From Candidatus Latescibacterota bacterium (lineage in GTDB: Bacteria > Latescibacterota > UBA2968 > UBA8231): a DNA stretch of 64,000 bases. Below are positions 63,124-64,000 of this stretch, piece by piece (positions within the stretch are counted from its first letter, which is position 1; each line of letters starts with the position of its first letter). The notes beneath the pieces were generated by a model. The model saw only the letters and a program-made list of their open reading frames with translations. It was not told the DNA's origin and ran no database searches. The stretch covers positions 4,102,305-4,166,304 of the forward strand of contig CBDCNM010000002.1 in the NCBI GenBank assembly GCA_965219385.1. The letters are read 5' to 3'. A program made the position numbers and the translations under genes.

Positions 63124-63402
63124 ATGTTTGCCTCCGAACCCCGCCGCGTTTGGACGGTTGCCGAGGCCAAGGCTCGGCTATCCGAAATCCTGCGTCTTGC
63201 CGAAACGCAAGGACCTCAGCGCATCGGTACCCGGCGACCGTTCATCGTAGTCCCCGAGCAGGTATGGCAGGCTCGAGCGCCGGAGCCCATGCCCTTGGGC
63301 CAGTGGCTCGTTGAAAATACCCCACGCGGCACCAACCTTGAAATCCCGAGTTGCCGCAAGAGTAGCCGCAAAATCCCGTTTATTGACGAAGCAGACGAAT
63401 GA
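63124..63402 (+). CDS. Phd/YefM antitoxin
   Basis: WTVAEAKARLSEIL...GPQRI. Confidence 0.85.
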   Translation: MFASEPRRVWTVAEAKARLSEILRLAETQGPQRIGTRRPFIVVPEQVWQARAPEPMPLGQWLVENTPRGTNLEIPSCRKSSRKIPFIDEADE

Positions 63403-63818
63403 GCGGTTATCTCCTGGACACCAATGTGGTTTCGGAATTGACCAGGGAGAATCCGAACCCGGGTGTCATGGACTATCTGAACGCCCAGGAAAATCTGTGG
63501 CTGCCGGCCATCGTCGTTGAGGAGCTTGAATTCGGTCTGCAACTTCTCCCTGAGGGCCGCCGCCGCGATAGTTTGAGGGAATGGCTGTCTCTGCTTCTGG
63601 CGGACTTTGAGGGGCGAATATCGCCGATTGGGAGGCGGGAAGCCGAGTGGGCGGCTGTATTCCAGGCGCGCGTACATCGGAGTGGTGGAAAGTTAGAACT
63701 CGGCGACGCGCTTATCGCAGGAACCGCAATGGCCAACGGTATGGCGATAGTCACACGTAATGTGAGGGACTTCGAAAGCTTGAATGTCGAGCTCGTCAAC
63801 CCTTGGGACTCGCCATGA
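63399..63818 (+). CDS. vapC: VapC (PIN) toxin
   Basis: LLDTNVVSE, DALIAGTA and VTRNVRDF motifs. Confidence 0.9.
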   Translation: MSGYLLDTNVVSELTRENPNPGVMDYLNAQENLWLPAIVVEELEFGLQLLPEGRRRDSLREWLSLLLADFEGRISPIGRREAEWAAVFQARVHRSGGKLELGDALIAGTAMANGMAIVTRNVRDFESLNVELVNPWDSP

Positions 63819-64000
63819 CCCCCCTCACCGAAACCGACGTTGAAGAGGCCGCCCTGGCCTGGCTCTCCGACGTCGGCTGGCAAGTCGCACACGGACAGGA
63901 CATCGCCCCTGACACGCCCAACGCCGAGCGCGCCGACTATACGGTAGGACATCGCCCCTGACACGCCCAACGCCGAGCGCGCCGACTATACGGTCAGGTC
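63815..64000 (+). pseudogene. hsdR: 5' end of hsdR-like gene, disrupted by a 49-bp tandem duplication (63897-63945 / 63946-63994)
   Basis: MTPLTETDVEEAALAWL...GW...HGQDIAP...ER...Y is typical of HsdR N-termini. The duplication leads to an in-frame TGA. Confidence 0.7.

Noticed and set aside
63897..63994. CRISPR array or attC-like repeats
   Set aside because: These are two abutting 49-bp copies with no spacer inside hsdR coding sequence. No repeat-spacer array or cas genes were seen anywhere in the window.

Overview
GC-rich bacterial window, probably from a Latescibacterota/Poribacteria-like organism. This is an inference from the C-terminal TWGRIK motif proteins, the DUF6785-type transporters and the catabolic gene style. 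Layout: (1) 1-3.3 kb: a MurG-HEAT-repeat fusion, a divergent mraY and a membrane protein. (2) 3.5-14.4 kb: seven tandem paralogous secreted proteins with a conserved scaffold, mosaic hypervariable loops and a C-terminal TWGRIK motif. Embedded in the array are an IS5 element, two MITE types and a four-gene cluster: an FMN-binding/CxxC protein, two thioredoxin-like proteins and a secreted 8-Cys defensin/scorpion-toxin-like peptide. (3) 14.9-24.1 kb: housekeeping genes (recG, class V aminotransferase, quinone oxidoreductase, S1 protein, trpBA, amidohydrolase). (4) 24.2-40 kb: a defence island with an ATPase pair, an AbiJ-like gene, DprA-like copies, an N6-MTase, AbiEi plus an AbiEii-WYL-Zn-finger fusion, and a PLD-SNF2 helicase. 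(5) 40.3-49.4 kb: a catabolic/uptake cluster. (6) 49.4-64 kb: a type I RM locus broken up by many toxin-antitoxin modules and relics, with repeated hsdM 3' ends, repeated hsdR 5' ends and an MNT-HsdS fusion. The best candidates for an undescribed system are the disulfide-rich peptide maturation cluster and the variable TWGRIK array around it. All family calls come from motif recognition; no database search was run.
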